Shown here piece by piece: positions 1 to 10,168 of a DNA stretch of 64,000 nt; position 1 is the first letter of the stretch, and the number at the start of each line of letters is the position of its first letter. Position numbers and translations under genes: made by a program. Origin of the DNA: a virus; the IMG/VR virus record IMGVR_UViG_3300023179_000032, positions 32,001 to 96,000 of that record. One strand, written 5' to 3'. The notes below the pieces were generated by a model. The model saw only the letters and a list, made by a program, of their open reading frames with translations. It did no database searches and was not told the DNA's origin.

Positions 1-1638
1 TAGATAGGCAGGTTTAGCACTGACAACTCCAATTGCCCTACGACCTACCTGACAAGCTGTTACTTCTTTTTCGCCACCTATCATTAAAACTGTTCCTATT
101 TCATATTCATTATCGGCTAGATAATTCTCTGCCAAGTCTGCATATTTAGCTCTATTAGCAGTACCGTCTAAAAAATCTACTGTTAGAGTTCTATTTCCTG
201 GATTATAAGTAATACCTGTTGTATGAACTTTAAAACTTTGTGGACCTGTAGTACTGCCTACAAATGTCATAAAATAATTACCTGGATTAGTCTCGTTAGC
301 TACTAACAGCTGACTAGCCTGTATACTAGGTAATAAATCTAAAACATTTTTCCAAACCAGTGTATTGGAAGGACCTGCTGTTAAAACTTGATTTGATGAT
401 CCTAAATTTAAAAAAGCAGTAACATTCTCTGCACTTTGATATAAAAGTTTGCCAGTATCACCCCCCACTACGTTATTAGCACGTTGGGCGGTACCAATAA
501 ATTGATTAGCAGTTAAATTGCCTGAGCCATCTCTTACGGCCACTGTGTTAATAGTAGCTGCATCCGTAGCAGTTCTATAGTTTCCATTGACTAATAGTTC
601 TATAGCCTTATCTGCAACACCACGGAATGTGCCGTAAAAATTTTCAGAATATACTTCAGAAAATCTGTTATTTGATCCTGTACCAATTTTAGATACACCG
701 TGTTCTCCAGGAAGAATATCAGTACCTAATAGTTTTAAGCTTGTTTTTGGTATTGTGCTAGTACTAAGTTTAGTTTTAAAAATTAATCCTATATCATTTG
801 CACTGTTATAAAGAACAGGACCTGTTTCTGCTCCTCGTTGATAGGTGAAACTTATTTCATCATTGTTACCTAATATCCAACCAGGATCCTTAAATCTTAC
901 CACCGTATTAAATATAACATCACCTGATTTTATAAAATCTTCAGCAGTTAATAAAGCACCAGTGCTGTCTACAAGACCTCTTGCAGAACTAGCAGTGGCC
1001 CATAATATCCAAGGATTATTACTGAGATTATCACTAATACCATAGCTGTTTGTGTTGGCCAGTGTAATACCTTTCTTTATCAATGTGAAAGCATTGTCAG
1101 TTCTAAGAGGACTATCTGATCTTAGATTAAACCCACTGTTACTGATAATAAAAACTACAGCAGCATTTACATATGCTTTTACAATGGGTCTGGCAATATT
1201 TTGATCATCAAAAACACTTTCACTACGTAATTCAGTAGCACCTGCATTTTCTACAGCCTGAGGTCCGACTAGGATGTATTCATCACCATCCCAAGCAAAC
1301 AATTGATTAGTGCTGGTATTAAACCAAAAATCACCCACACTTAATCCGCTGGGCTGTGTTTGTCCTACTTCAGCGCCACCAGTAGTTCTAAACTGCGTAC
1401 CATCATAAAATTTAAGTTTTTTACCTAAACTATCATACCATAATTGACCTGTAACTTTACGAGGTGGCGCTGTGGTCCCTGCAAAGTTTTCCAGCATATG
1501 GACCATGTTTTCATTTTGAATTTCGCCATAACCAGCATAATTTTTACCCACTAGTCTAATATCTAGTGTGTTATCTACAGTTCCGTCCTCTACTGTAGCG
1601 ACTTTTACGCCGTTAAATTTATTAATATTATATGGCAT
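1..1638 (-). CDS. Virion baseplate/tail-fibre structural protein, partial (runs off the left edge); paralog of the two neighbouring genes
   Basis: Not in the ORF track. Manual translation from ATG at 1638 gives MPYNINKFNGVKVATVEDGTVDNTLDIRLVGKNYAGYGEIQNENMVHMLENFAGTTAPPRKVTGQLWYD..., the same N-terminal motif as 1665..4751. Preceded by ATAAATA and an AAGGGG Shine-Dalgarno-like site. Confidence 0.85.
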   Translation of the reverse strand, partial: MPYNINKFNGVKVATVEDGTVDNTLDIRLVGKNYAGYGEIQNENMVHMLENFAGTTAPPRKVTGQLWYDSLGKKLKFYDGTQFRTTGGAEVGQTQPSGLSVGDFWFNTSTNQLFAWDGDEYILVGPQAVENAGATELRSESVFDDQNIARPIVKAYVNAAVVFIISNSGFNLRSDSPLRTDNAFTLIKKGITLANTNSYGISDNLSNNPWILWATASSARGLVDSTGALLTAEDFIKSGDVIFNTVVRFKDPGWILGNNDEISFTYQRGAETGPVLYNSANDIGLIFKTKLSTSTIPKTSLKLLGTDILPGEHGVSKIGTGSNNRFSEVYSENFYGTFRGVADKAIELLVNGNYRTATDAATINTVAVRDGSGNLTANQFIGTAQRANNVVGGDTGKLLYQSAENVTAFLNLGSSNQVLTAGPSNTLVWKNVLDLLPSIQASQLLVANETNPGNYFMTFVGSTTGPQSFKVHTTGITYNPGNRTLTVDFLDGTANRAKYADLAENYLADNEYEIGTVLMIGGEKEVTACQVGRRAIGVVSAKPAYL

Positions 1639-1656
1639 CGCCCAACCCCTTTAACA

Positions 1657-1663
1657 TATTTAT
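1657..1663 (-). promoter_or_regulatory. T4-type late promoter (ATAAATA)
   Basis: Matches the gp55-dependent TATAAATA consensus; lies in a 26-nt intergenic gap, 18 nt upstream of the ATG at 1638. Confidence 0.7.
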
Positions 1664-1664
1664 T

Positions 1665-4600
1665 TTAAACTGTATCATCGTAACACCAACCTCTTTCTGA
1701 CCCTGTGTAAACTAAGGTTAGTGCAGCGCCAGCAGTATTCAATGTTAAATCTGCACCAGAACCGTTTATTTTATTACCATTTCTTATGACTTCTACTTCA
1801 AAAACACTTAAATTCTTAGCATCAATTAATCTTATTTCATCACCTGGTATTGGTTGTGTTGGATTAGTAAGATTTGGTGGTAAGCGTACTTCAAAAGCAC
1901 CATTTGTAGTGTCTATAAGTAATCTATCACCTGCATACGCATCATAATTTGTAGTTACAGATTTCCAAACTGGGCGTAATCTACCTACTATGTTTACGTT
2001 AGATGTACTGCCCCCTAAGTTTAAACTACTGTTAAGAGCTCCGCCAATTGTGAGATTATTAACCCCTGTAAACATGGATTTGTTTACATCTGTACTAACA
2101 ACATCCCCAACTACTTCTAAATTATTATTAATTTTAGCAGCATACATAACAACCGGTGATGTTGCTGTTGCCCCATACACTAGACCTAAGAAGTTAGTTG
2201 TGCCCCCTACCGTCAAATTACCGTCTTCATCAGTAGTTATGGCACTAGTTGACACCATTTCCATATCATTATTTCTAAATAATAGGCCACCGGTCGCATA
2301 ATGTTGATCATTAGGTATCAATAACATTTTACGAACTAATAAATTATTTCTTGCAATTACTACAGGAAATTGAGTTCTAGTAATATCAAAATAGCTCGTT
2401 CCCTGTTGGATTCTTCTAACAAACACGTTATTTCTTGGAGCTATAGTTAAGCCATCCTGATTAAGAGTACTATTAGTAGTAGGATATGGAGTGGTCCACC
2501 AAGATTCATTTTCTGAACCTGGTACAGGATTATCAGGAGCTCCATATTGTGAACCTGGACCAATCTGTATATTATCACACTGCCTTCCTAAATATACATT
2601 TTCTAAACTACTACCTGCAAATTCAAAAGCCTGCACATTAGAACTAGCGCTTACAAGACCTGTAATTTTACCTGCAATAGTTAAAGTACGTAATGTAACA
2701 TTACCAGTACTACCAACAGTTACTTGACCGCCAAATTCTGTTATTGTTGCGGATCCACCAGCAATAATATTTGCACTATTATTACCTATTTTTAGTGTAA
2801 GAACGTTATTAAATATACTTCCTTCTTGACTAGTACAAAAAATATCTGACCCTTGTATTTCAAGGTCACCTTCAATTACAACATTGCTAGCATTAATGTT
2901 TAGGTTACGTGAAGTTTTTCTTGTACTACCTAATTCACCAAATATATCAATAGTTAATGAATTTTGTCCTAATACTAATTGTTCAGTATTTGGAATAATA
3001 TTTGCTGTAGTTGCAGGTACCTGTGTGGTTAATACAGCGTTGAGCCCCGTTTCATCACCTATAACTAAATCTTTATATGTTTGTATTTTATTTAATACAT
3101 GAGTTTTACTTTCTGGATCATTACCGTTGCCAACATATATTCCGCCTTGATATCCTCCTGTAGCTCCACCAAAAAATATCTTTCTTGCTGTAGTATTAAG
3201 TAGATAAAAATTTCCTGTAAAGGCTGGATCCACTTTGATTTCACCAATATCTGATAATGTTAGGCCTTTTTTAGTTATTAGGTCTTCCTGAGCAGTGGTC
3301 CTGTCCATAAATTTAATACCGTAGTTAACCTGATTAGCTCCAAGTTCTAAATCAAAATTACCAATTGATGCAACTAGATTATTCTTAATTTGTATGTTGT
3401 CAATTTGATAGACACCGGTAATGTTTAAGTCACCGTTAATTTGTACATTATTTCTAAAAGTTACAACTCCATTGTTGTCACCAATAGAAATACTAGTGGC
3501 CTGCTGACCAAAATTAATAGTCTGTACAGTTTGATTCAGTAAGTTAAAAATTGAATTATCAGTTAATAAATTTTGCCCATTAATCTTTAAAGTTTTATTT
3601 ACAATAGCATCACTAATCACTTTAGTTGTGCCTAAAGTTTTGCCAATTGTAATATCATCCGCTGCACCACCAAAATTTATTATTCTTGCATCACTATTAA
3701 AAACATTGATAGTGGCTTCTAATGTAGTGGTTAAGTCACCTCTAATTTTAGTTTCACCACCAATATCTAAAGTAGATTCTGGACTGCTATTAAAAATTCC
3801 TACTTTAGATCCAGCTGCTTTGATAAACACCGCATCGTGGAAGGTAGTTCCATCTTTTACAGTTATTAAAAAGTTTTGATCAGCTCTATTATTTCTTAGC
3901 CTAACAGGAGGATTTAGTGTACTGGCTTCAGGTGGACGTTCCATCTCAAAAGTTAAATTCGGTCCCCACCCTAAACTTAATGGTTTGTTAAGTAAGTCTC
4001 CAGGACTAAGAGTATTTGCTCCGGATACACTTAATCTACCATCAATAAGGTTATTTCCAGTAACTTTAACAAACTCGTCTACACTAATTGGTTGACCAAA
4101 GTTGTCAACTAAACTTTTAGCTCTAGCTGCTGTGACATCGAACTCAAAACCTATGCTTAATGGTGTAAACCCTTTCTTTATGTCACCTGTAACTAATTCA
4201 CTAGCTAGTTTGACACCCTCACCTACTGTATAGTTTGGTGTGAATTCTTCATTACTAAACACACCTACTAGAATATTTCCTAATTTAAGTTTGGCAATTA
4301 TATGGTTGCTGCCTGTTATATCTTTTACAGTGGCTATTTCAAAACCAGATACACCTTGTTGTTCTGTGTATAAAGGACCTGCTAATCTTAATCCGTTACC
4401 ATCATTAAAAAATAACTGCCTTGTTTCGTTATTAAACCAAAAATCACCAACCGTTGTGCTGGGTTGTGAGCTACTAACTATAGGTCTAGCAAATGCTATA
4501 AATTCATTGCCATTATAAATTTTAAGAGTATTGTCACTTGAATCAAACCATAATTGACCCTTTAATGGGCTGGTTGGAGGTTCATTATTAGAAAAGTTTT

Positions 4601-4751
4601 CCAATAATTTTACAAAATTTTCATTAAATAGTTCACCATAATTTTCAGTATTTTTACCTATTAGATTTAGATCCGTAGTAATTTTATCTACAGTACCGTC
4701 CAAGATATCTGTTAGTATAGTACCATTAGTTTTATTCAGTGTATATGGCAT
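1665..4751 (-). CDS. Baseplate/tail-fibre structural protein (1028 aa)
   Basis: N-terminal DGTxD..LIGKN..YGE..NENFVKLLENF..PP..P..GQLWFD domain; beta-rich FNLLN..INFG..AT.I.IG repeats; located in the tail operon. Confidence 0.75.
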   Translation of the reverse strand: MPYTLNKTNGTILTDILDGTVDKITTDLNLIGKNTENYGELFNENFVKLLENFSNNEPPTSPLKGQLWFDSSDNTLKIYNGNEFIAFARPIVSSSQPSTTVGDFWFNNETRQLFFNDGNGLRLAGPLYTEQQGVSGFEIATVKDITGSNHIIAKLKLGNILVGVFSNEEFTPNYTVGEGVKLASELVTGDIKKGFTPLSIGFEFDVTAARAKSLVDNFGQPISVDEFVKVTGNNLIDGRLSVSGANTLSPGDLLNKPLSLGWGPNLTFEMERPPEASTLNPPVRLRNNRADQNFLITVKDGTTFHDAVFIKAAGSKVGIFNSSPESTLDIGGETKIRGDLTTTLEATINVFNSDARIINFGGAADDITIGKTLGTTKVISDAIVNKTLKINGQNLLTDNSIFNLLNQTVQTINFGQQATSISIGDNNGVVTFRNNVQINGDLNITGVYQIDNIQIKNNLVASIGNFDLELGANQVNYGIKFMDRTTAQEDLITKKGLTLSDIGEIKVDPAFTGNFYLLNTTARKIFFGGATGGYQGGIYVGNGNDPESKTHVLNKIQTYKDLVIGDETGLNAVLTTQVPATTANIIPNTEQLVLGQNSLTIDIFGELGSTRKTSRNLNINASNVVIEGDLEIQGSDIFCTSQEGSIFNNVLTLKIGNNSANIIAGGSATITEFGGQVTVGSTGNVTLRTLTIAGKITGLVSASSNVQAFEFAGSSLENVYLGRQCDNIQIGPGSQYGAPDNPVPGSENESWWTTPYPTTNSTLNQDGLTIAPRNNVFVRRIQQGTSYFDITRTQFPVVIARNNLLVRKMLLIPNDQHYATGGLLFRNNDMEMVSTSAITTDEDGNLTVGGTTNFLGLVYGATATSPVVMYAAKINNNLEVVGDVVSTDVNKSMFTGVNNLTIGGALNSSLNLGGSTSNVNIVGRLRPVWKSVTTNYDAYAGDRLLIDTTNGAFEVRLPPNLTNPTQPIPGDEIRLIDAKNLSVFEVEVIRNGNKINGSGADLTLNTAGAALTLVYTGSERGWCYDDTV

Positions 4752-6793
4752 TATATTTTTCCAGTATAAATTATATAGTGCATACCGTCAGTTAATCTTG
4801 CTAGACCAGAGCCAGTTCCAGCTGCTATAGCCGTAAATACTGCATTAACTGTAGGTGTTCCAGTAAAACCAAGAGCCACCCAATCTGTAGTGCCTAATTC
4901 TGTAATTGTGTAACTTAGTCCTGGAATAAATTCTCCAGCATAAAAATTAGGAACCTGTTTTCTAAGGTCTGGCAGTGCAAAAGTTAAAACCCCTGTGTTA
5001 AAGCTGGGTAAGGATCCTTGAGGCATATATTTGTAGCCCACCTTACTAAAAAGATCAGCATATAGGCTTTGTGGTACTTCCCTTCCATCACAGGGCAAAT
5101 AACCATTAGGTAAATTACTTAGTCCAGCACCAAATAATATTACAGTACCAGTAGGTATTACTGATAAGCTTTCTGAAATAGATTTTTTACTTACTTTGTA
5201 ATAAAGATCATCTTCACTACTTTGAATTAAAAATACATCGTTATTCTTAACATAATTTACTGGCTCTTTGTTTTTATAAAAGGATGTAGTTATTTCTGTT
5301 TTTATACTGATTGTAGCAGGAGCATTTTTAATACTAATAGGTAAATTTGGTGCTGCCTCATTAGTTAAATTTATATCACTATTGGTAGCTGTTGTTATAG
5401 TAACTGCTTCACCAAACCCTAAACTATATCCATTTATAGTACCAGTACCATTGCCAATTGTAAAATTATTAGCTGTAAAATTTCCAAAAATTTGAGGATA
5501 GTTATTGAGACTGCCTATAGAATTAACATATATAGTTTGCCAAGGATTGTCCTCAGAACCTAATGTTTGAGTAGCTACTCCAATATCATTAACTCTTGGT
5601 ATTATATCACCCACATTAACTATATTTCCGTAAACAGATTCAAATGTAGGATCCAATGTATTCCAAGTTATATCACCTATAATACTTAAATCTTGACCTA
5701 TTTCTACAGATCCATCAGCAGTAATACTATTGCCTTGGATATCCCCGCTAGCTTTCAAATCCCCATTAATATCTAATGTAGCCTGAGGGTTAGTATTGTT
5801 AATACCTACTCTACCATTATTATCGCCACTCATTCTCACTACAGTTCTGTAGTCAGCACTATTTTCTTTCTTAATTCTAAAATCTATACTTGAGTCAGCG
5901 TTTTTGTTGTAGATATATGCACCAGTAGTATCTTTAGCTAGAATATATGAACTATCAGATCCTAATACAATACCGTTATCAGCCTTTACATTGAATTGAT
6001 AATTTGTAGTGCTAATTACATCTGATCTTAAAAAGTTATTAGCACCTACAACATCACTGCCAATAATTAAGGATAATGCTTTTTCGCTAGTACCCCAATA
6101 TCTCGTATTAATATCAAATGAACTGGAACTTAAATTAAAGCCTTGTTTAAGTTCTTTAAATCCTTCATAAATTAATTTTGGTGTAAACGCTTTGTCACTT
6201 ATTATAGCTATTCTTCTAGCTTTAAGAAAGAATGAAATTACAGCAACAGGCTGATTATCTAAATTGTTAATAATTTCTTCAACTTCAATACCTGTTTTTT
6301 CAAACGCATTAAACAGCGGTCCAACTAAACTGTATCCAGTACCATTCCAAATATATAATTGATTTTTACTAGTATCAACGTATAGGTCGCCCTTTTTAAG
6401 ATTAGTACTAGGCAGGTTTAATGTCGTTGGAGATACTGCGGCTTTCTTGATTATGCCTACAGATAACCAAGTTATACCATCAAAAACTTTTAATCCGTAT
6501 GTATCTTCACTATCTGCTGGAGATGGGGTTGGGTCAACTTCTTGTAGTGTATTAGTATTAAACCAAAGCTGTCCTCTTTCAGGATTACGTGGAGCTGTAT
6601 TTGACGCAAAATTTTCTAATAAATGTAGAAAGTTTTCAGCAATATCTTTTGAATAACTTGCTGCATATTTTTTTCCTAAAAATACTAGGGAAGTTGTATC
6701 ATCACTGCTGCCATCTGGGATCACAATATTATTGGATAATCTACCATTACTATTAGGTCTTGTTGGATCTGAAAATTCTATTTCAATACTCAT
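4751..6793 (-). CDS. Baseplate/short tail fibre protein with C-terminal phage tail-collar domain
   Basis: C-terminal IPTGTVILF..LPNGYLPCDGREV..Y.DLFSKVGYKY..TFALPDLR is the tail-collar motif of T4 gp10/gp12; the N-terminal domain is shared with its neighbours. Start moved from TTG at 6802 to the ATG at 6793, just after the upstream TGA. Confidence 0.75.
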   Translation of the reverse strand: MSIEIEFSDPTRPNSNGRLSNNIVIPDGSSDDTTSLVFLGKKYAASYSKDIAENFLHLLENFASNTAPRNPERGQLWFNTNTLQEVDPTPSPADSEDTYGLKVFDGITWLSVGIIKKAAVSPTTLNLPSTNLKKGDLYVDTSKNQLYIWNGTGYSLVGPLFNAFEKTGIEVEEIINNLDNQPVAVISFFLKARRIAIISDKAFTPKLIYEGFKELKQGFNLSSSSFDINTRYWGTSEKALSLIIGSDVVGANNFLRSDVISTTNYQFNVKADNGIVLGSDSSYILAKDTTGAYIYNKNADSSIDFRIKKENSADYRTVVRMSGDNNGRVGINNTNPQATLDINGDLKASGDIQGNSITADGSVEIGQDLSIIGDITWNTLDPTFESVYGNIVNVGDIIPRVNDIGVATQTLGSEDNPWQTIYVNSIGSLNNYPQIFGNFTANNFTIGNGTGTINGYSLGFGEAVTITTATNSDINLTNEAAPNLPISIKNAPATISIKTEITTSFYKNKEPVNYVKNNDVFLIQSSEDDLYYKVSKKSISESLSVIPTGTVILFGAGLSNLPNGYLPCDGREVPQSLYADLFSKVGYKYMPQGSLPSFNTGVLTFALPDLRKQVPNFYAGEFIPGLSYTITELGTTDWVALGFTGTPTVNAVFTAIAAGTGSGLARLTDGMHYIIYTGKI

Positions 6794-6794
6794 A

Positions 6795-7403
6795 TCAAGC
6801 ACCCATCAAGCCAGTTAAACTCTGTACTCTAACTGTATAATCAATTTGAATAAGTCTATTCAAACTTTTTTGTACAGGGTGAAAAATTACGTGCGTAAGT
6901 AATCTTTCACCTCCTGATTCATTATCTGTTACTAATCCTAGTTCATCAAATGTATATAAACTATTATTATCTGTAGTATTGTCAAATGCTTCCTGACCAT
7001 TAGGTTCACCATAATCTAGTAAACAGGTAACAAAAACATCTGTATAAGTTGTGCCGGTAACATGACGTGTTTCAATGTAATTTCTTACTGGATCTACGTT
7101 GGCCTTGTTAGCATCATCCACAATTTTGCTATATGTTTGGTTATATAAATTAGCATTGATTCCAGTAGTATTTGGGGTTAGATATGTAATAATTCCAGTA
7201 GGATCTACAGCAGTTCCTCCATTTCCAAAGATCATTTTAGTGATAAACCCACTTCCTGCGTTGGATAAACTGTTGGCTAGTGCAATACTCATATTTTCAT
7301 AATGAATAGCATTTCTTTTATTGATGTAGACTTTTTCAGATTGTGGATCCCAAATCTTAATGTGCCCTTCTATATGAATACCGCTATGATCTCTATTTTG
7401 CAT
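6795..7403 (-). CDS. Conserved hypothetical virion/baseplate protein (202 aa)
   Basis: Clean ORF with its own TATAAATA promoter in the tail operon; ITKMIFGNGG and FDELGL motifs are reminiscent of fibre-attachment domains. Confidence 0.6.
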   Translation of the reverse strand: MQNRDHSGIHIEGHIKIWDPQSEKVYINKRNAIHYENMSIALANSLSNAGSGFITKMIFGNGGTAVDPTGIITYLTPNTTGINANLYNQTYSKIVDDANKANVDPVRNYIETRHVTGTTYTDVFVTCLLDYGEPNGQEAFDNTTDNNSLYTFDELGLVTDNESGGERLLTHVIFHPVQKSLNRLIQIDYTVRVQSLTGLMGA

Positions 7404-7421
7404 ATATTTTCTCTATCAAAA

Positions 7422-7429
7422 TATTTATA
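7422..7429 (-). promoter_or_regulatory. T4-type late promoter (TATAAATA)
   Basis: Perfect consensus, intergenic, 18 nt upstream of the ATG at 7403. Confidence 0.85.
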
Positions 7430-7446
7430 ATTATTATTAACTGCTA

Positions 7447-9045
7447 CTATTTCAATCTTCTTCTTTGTCTGGGATAAACTCTGCCATTAGTGGGTCTAGC
7501 CTTATAGTTTAACTTGGGCCAAGTAGTACCCGAATCTGCTCTTTCTTTATTATAATATAAGTACCTATTAACTGATCCCTGTAAATTAGATGGATCAGCG
7601 AAATTACCCGAACTTTCAGTCATTTGATTATATTTACTGGTTTTGTAGATATAATCTAATGCTTCTGCCTGTGTCATATCTGGATATACTTCTAAGATAC
7701 AGGCTAAAACCCCTGTGACCTGAGGACTAGCCATACTAGTTCCACTATCTTTTAATATTTTATATGTCGAATTTCTAGGATCATTTACTCCACCAGTATG
7801 TACACTACTTATGATACTACGACCTGGAGCATATACATCTACTCTAGGTCCAGAATTACTAAAAGGAGCTTTACTATCGTTAATACTTCTTCCTACGGCA
7901 CCTACATTAATTTGTCCAGTAGCTTTGACTGGGCTGGTTCCTCGGTGATAATAAACAATAAAATTATTCCAAATATAATAATTATTATAGTCAACGCCTG
8001 TAGGAATATCTATTTTGCTATAGGAATTTCCAGCTGCACCTACCATAATAATACCATCATTCATAGCACTTATAGCATCAGCGTCTATAGCCAAGTATTC
8101 TGAACTAGTATATGTGTTTGCGCCATCGTTATAAACACCATATGTACCATATAGTGTACTACTTGTAAGGCCACTAGTATAATTTACTCCCCTAAAATTA
8201 ACTCTAGTAATGCCGGCGATATTTAGTTGAGCAACATACCCCCAACTATTATTAACAATAGTGGGATTACGTCTCCCTGTAATAGGATTGATAGGTTTGC
8301 TGTTGTGCCAGGCTCTGATATAATCAAATAACAATAATGTATCTATTCCATTAGAATCACCACCGTATGGATATATGTTATAAACATTAGCGCTTCTAGC
8401 CCAACCTTGTGTATTACCAGTAGCAGTTCCAGCTACGTGCATACCGTGATTATTATTTGCTTCTATAGTAGGATCGGTATATGGTCCATATACATAAGTT
8501 CCCGAAGTTGCTGCGTGTTGCAACCAATTATATTGTATGACTCTTGTTCCACCAGTACCATCACTGTTAACAGCCATTTCTGGATGATTTGGATTAATAA
8601 AACCATCAACAATAACAATGTCAACATTACGACCTTCAGCATTAACTGTTATAGTTCCTGATACTGTTTTTGTCGTTAATATACTATCATCACCCCAGTT
8701 TTCTCTTTGTTGACCTTCCACACAACGTAATAATCCCCAATTTTTATAATTAGAATTATTTGCAGTAGATTTATTCCAAAACGAACTGGTTTGAGTCCAT
8801 TGGGGCATTGGTTTGAGACCTAATTCTGTAGGAGTTAATTCACAGGCTAAAACTCTAGGATCATTCCTAACTTGTACTGCTTCTTCTTCAGTAAGATAAT
8901 AATGTGTATTAACACTAATAGGTCTACGATTAGCAACTTCTACACAACGATCTGGTATGTATAAGTTTCCACCAAGTGTTTCCATATCCTCATAGAAACT
9001 ATCTAAGTCATCGTGATTTTTTAATGTGACTACATATTCTTTCAT
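7447..9045 (-). CDS. Subtilisin-like S8 serine protease with N-terminal propeptide-like region
   Basis: Catalytic triad motifs in S8 order: VDIVIVDG (Asp), NNHGMHVAGT (His), DSGTSMASPQVTG (Ser); oxyanion-hole AAGN motif also present. Confidence 0.9.
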   Translation of the reverse strand: MKEYVVTLKNHDDLDSFYEDMETLGGNLYIPDRCVEVANRRPISVNTHYYLTEEEAVQVRNDPRVLACELTPTELGLKPMPQWTQTSSFWNKSTANNSNYKNWGLLRCVEGQQRENWGDDSILTTKTVSGTITVNAEGRNVDIVIVDGFINPNHPEMAVNSDGTGGTRVIQYNWLQHAATSGTYVYGPYTDPTIEANNNHGMHVAGTATGNTQGWARSANVYNIYPYGGDSNGIDTLLLFDYIRAWHNSKPINPITGRRNPTIVNNSWGYVAQLNIAGITRVNFRGVNYTSGLTSSTLYGTYGVYNDGANTYTSSEYLAIDADAISAMNDGIIMVGAAGNSYSKIDIPTGVDYNNYYIWNNFIVYYHRGTSPVKATGQINVGAVGRSINDSKAPFSNSGPRVDVYAPGRSIISSVHTGGVNDPRNSTYKILKDSGTSMASPQVTGVLACILEVYPDMTQAEALDYIYKTSKYNQMTESSGNFADPSNLQGSVNRYLYYNKERADSGTTWPKLNYKARPTNGRVYPRQRRRLK

Positions 9046-10166
9046 ATTTCAGCCTGCAATAAAGTTAGAGTTACTGTAATCGTAGCAGCTGATCCACTTA
9101 GATTGGTAACTGCTACAGGAATGTTAGTAGTTGGTGTTGCTTCATCATTAAAGCCAAATACTGCCGGAGCAAGTATTACTGTTTGTGATCCAGTTGTAAT
9201 AACTTCTGCAATTACTCCTGCATCGTAACTTGGATCAATTCCTTGTGCTCTACTAGCATCTGCGGTTCTTGTTGCATTACTTACATATAGTCTTACCCAA
9301 GCAGCATGGCTCGTTGTAATTTTGTATAGCATATAACCTTTAAATCCAACAATATCTAAGTCAGCAGAGCTGTTATTTGCTATACTTGATGATGTGGAAT
9401 TTGACGTAGTCCTTGATCCTAGTAATATACTGCCCTGTATACCTTGAGCACCCTGTATACCTTGAATACCTTGAGCCGATGTTTCACCAGATAATCCTTG
9501 AAATCCTAGTATACCCTGTATACCCTGTATACCTTGACTACCTTCAATTCCTTGAACTCCGTCATTGCCTGTTATACCCTGTACACCTTGTATACCTTGA
9601 CTACCTTTAATTCCTTGAACTCCGTCATTGCCTGTTATACCCTGTACACCTTGTATACCTTGACTACCTGGAGGACCTGTATTTCCTGAATTACCAGTTC
9701 GCCCTTCTAATCCTTGTATTCCTTGTATACCTTGATTTCCTATAATACCACTAGTGCCTTGAAACCCTTGTGGTCCTTCTGATCCCTGAATACCTTGTAT
9801 ACCTTGAGATGCTGTTGCACCTTTTACACCCTGAATACCTTGGACACCTTGATTTCCATCAACACCTATGATACCATCTTGTCCTCTGATACCTTGTATA
9901 CCTTGACGACCTTGAGTACCTTGGCTTCCATTACTGCCTACAAATCCATCCTGACCTCTGATACCCTGTGTACCTTGATTACCTTTTATACCTTGTACAC
10001 CCTGTAAACCTTGCATTAAAGAAAGATTTTGAATACTGTATTCTAAAGACTGAATAGTATCATAAGTTTCAGTAAAATTTTGATTAATTTTTATAGCCGC
10101 TGCTCTGATAGTATCACCAGTTCCATCATTAGCTCTTGTTCCTACACTAATCGTTTGCTTTGCCAT
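9042..10166 (-). CDS. gp9/gp10-type N-terminal baseplate adaptor fused to a collagen-like fibre
   Basis: MAKQTISVGTRANDGTGDTIRAAAIKINQNF matches the T4 gp9/gp10 N-terminal motif; about 190 aa of Gly-X-Y (QGIQG) repeats follow. Confidence 0.8.
   Translation of the reverse strand: MAKQTISVGTRANDGTGDTIRAAAIKINQNFTETYDTIQSLEYSIQNLSLMQGLQGVQGIKGNQGTQGIRGQDGFVGSNGSQGTQGRQGIQGIRGQDGIIGVDGNQGVQGIQGVKGATASQGIQGIQGSEGPQGFQGTSGIIGNQGIQGIQGLEGRTGNSGNTGPPGSQGIQGVQGITGNDGVQGIKGSQGIQGVQGITGNDGVQGIEGSQGIQGIQGILGFQGLSGETSAQGIQGIQGAQGIQGSILLGSRTTSNSTSSSIANNSSADLDIVGFKGYMLYKITTSHAAWVRLYVSNATRTADASRAQGIDPSYDAGVIAEVITTGSQTVILAPAVFGFNDEATPTTNIPVAVTNLSGSAATITVTLTLLQAEI
9531..9669. repeat. 63-bp tandem repeat (about 2.2 copies) inside the collagen-like gene
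   Basis: ACCTTGACTA recurs at 9531, 9594 and 9657; the unit encodes SQGIQGVQGITGNDGVQGI(K/E)G. Confidence 0.9.
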
Positions 10167-10168
10167 TT

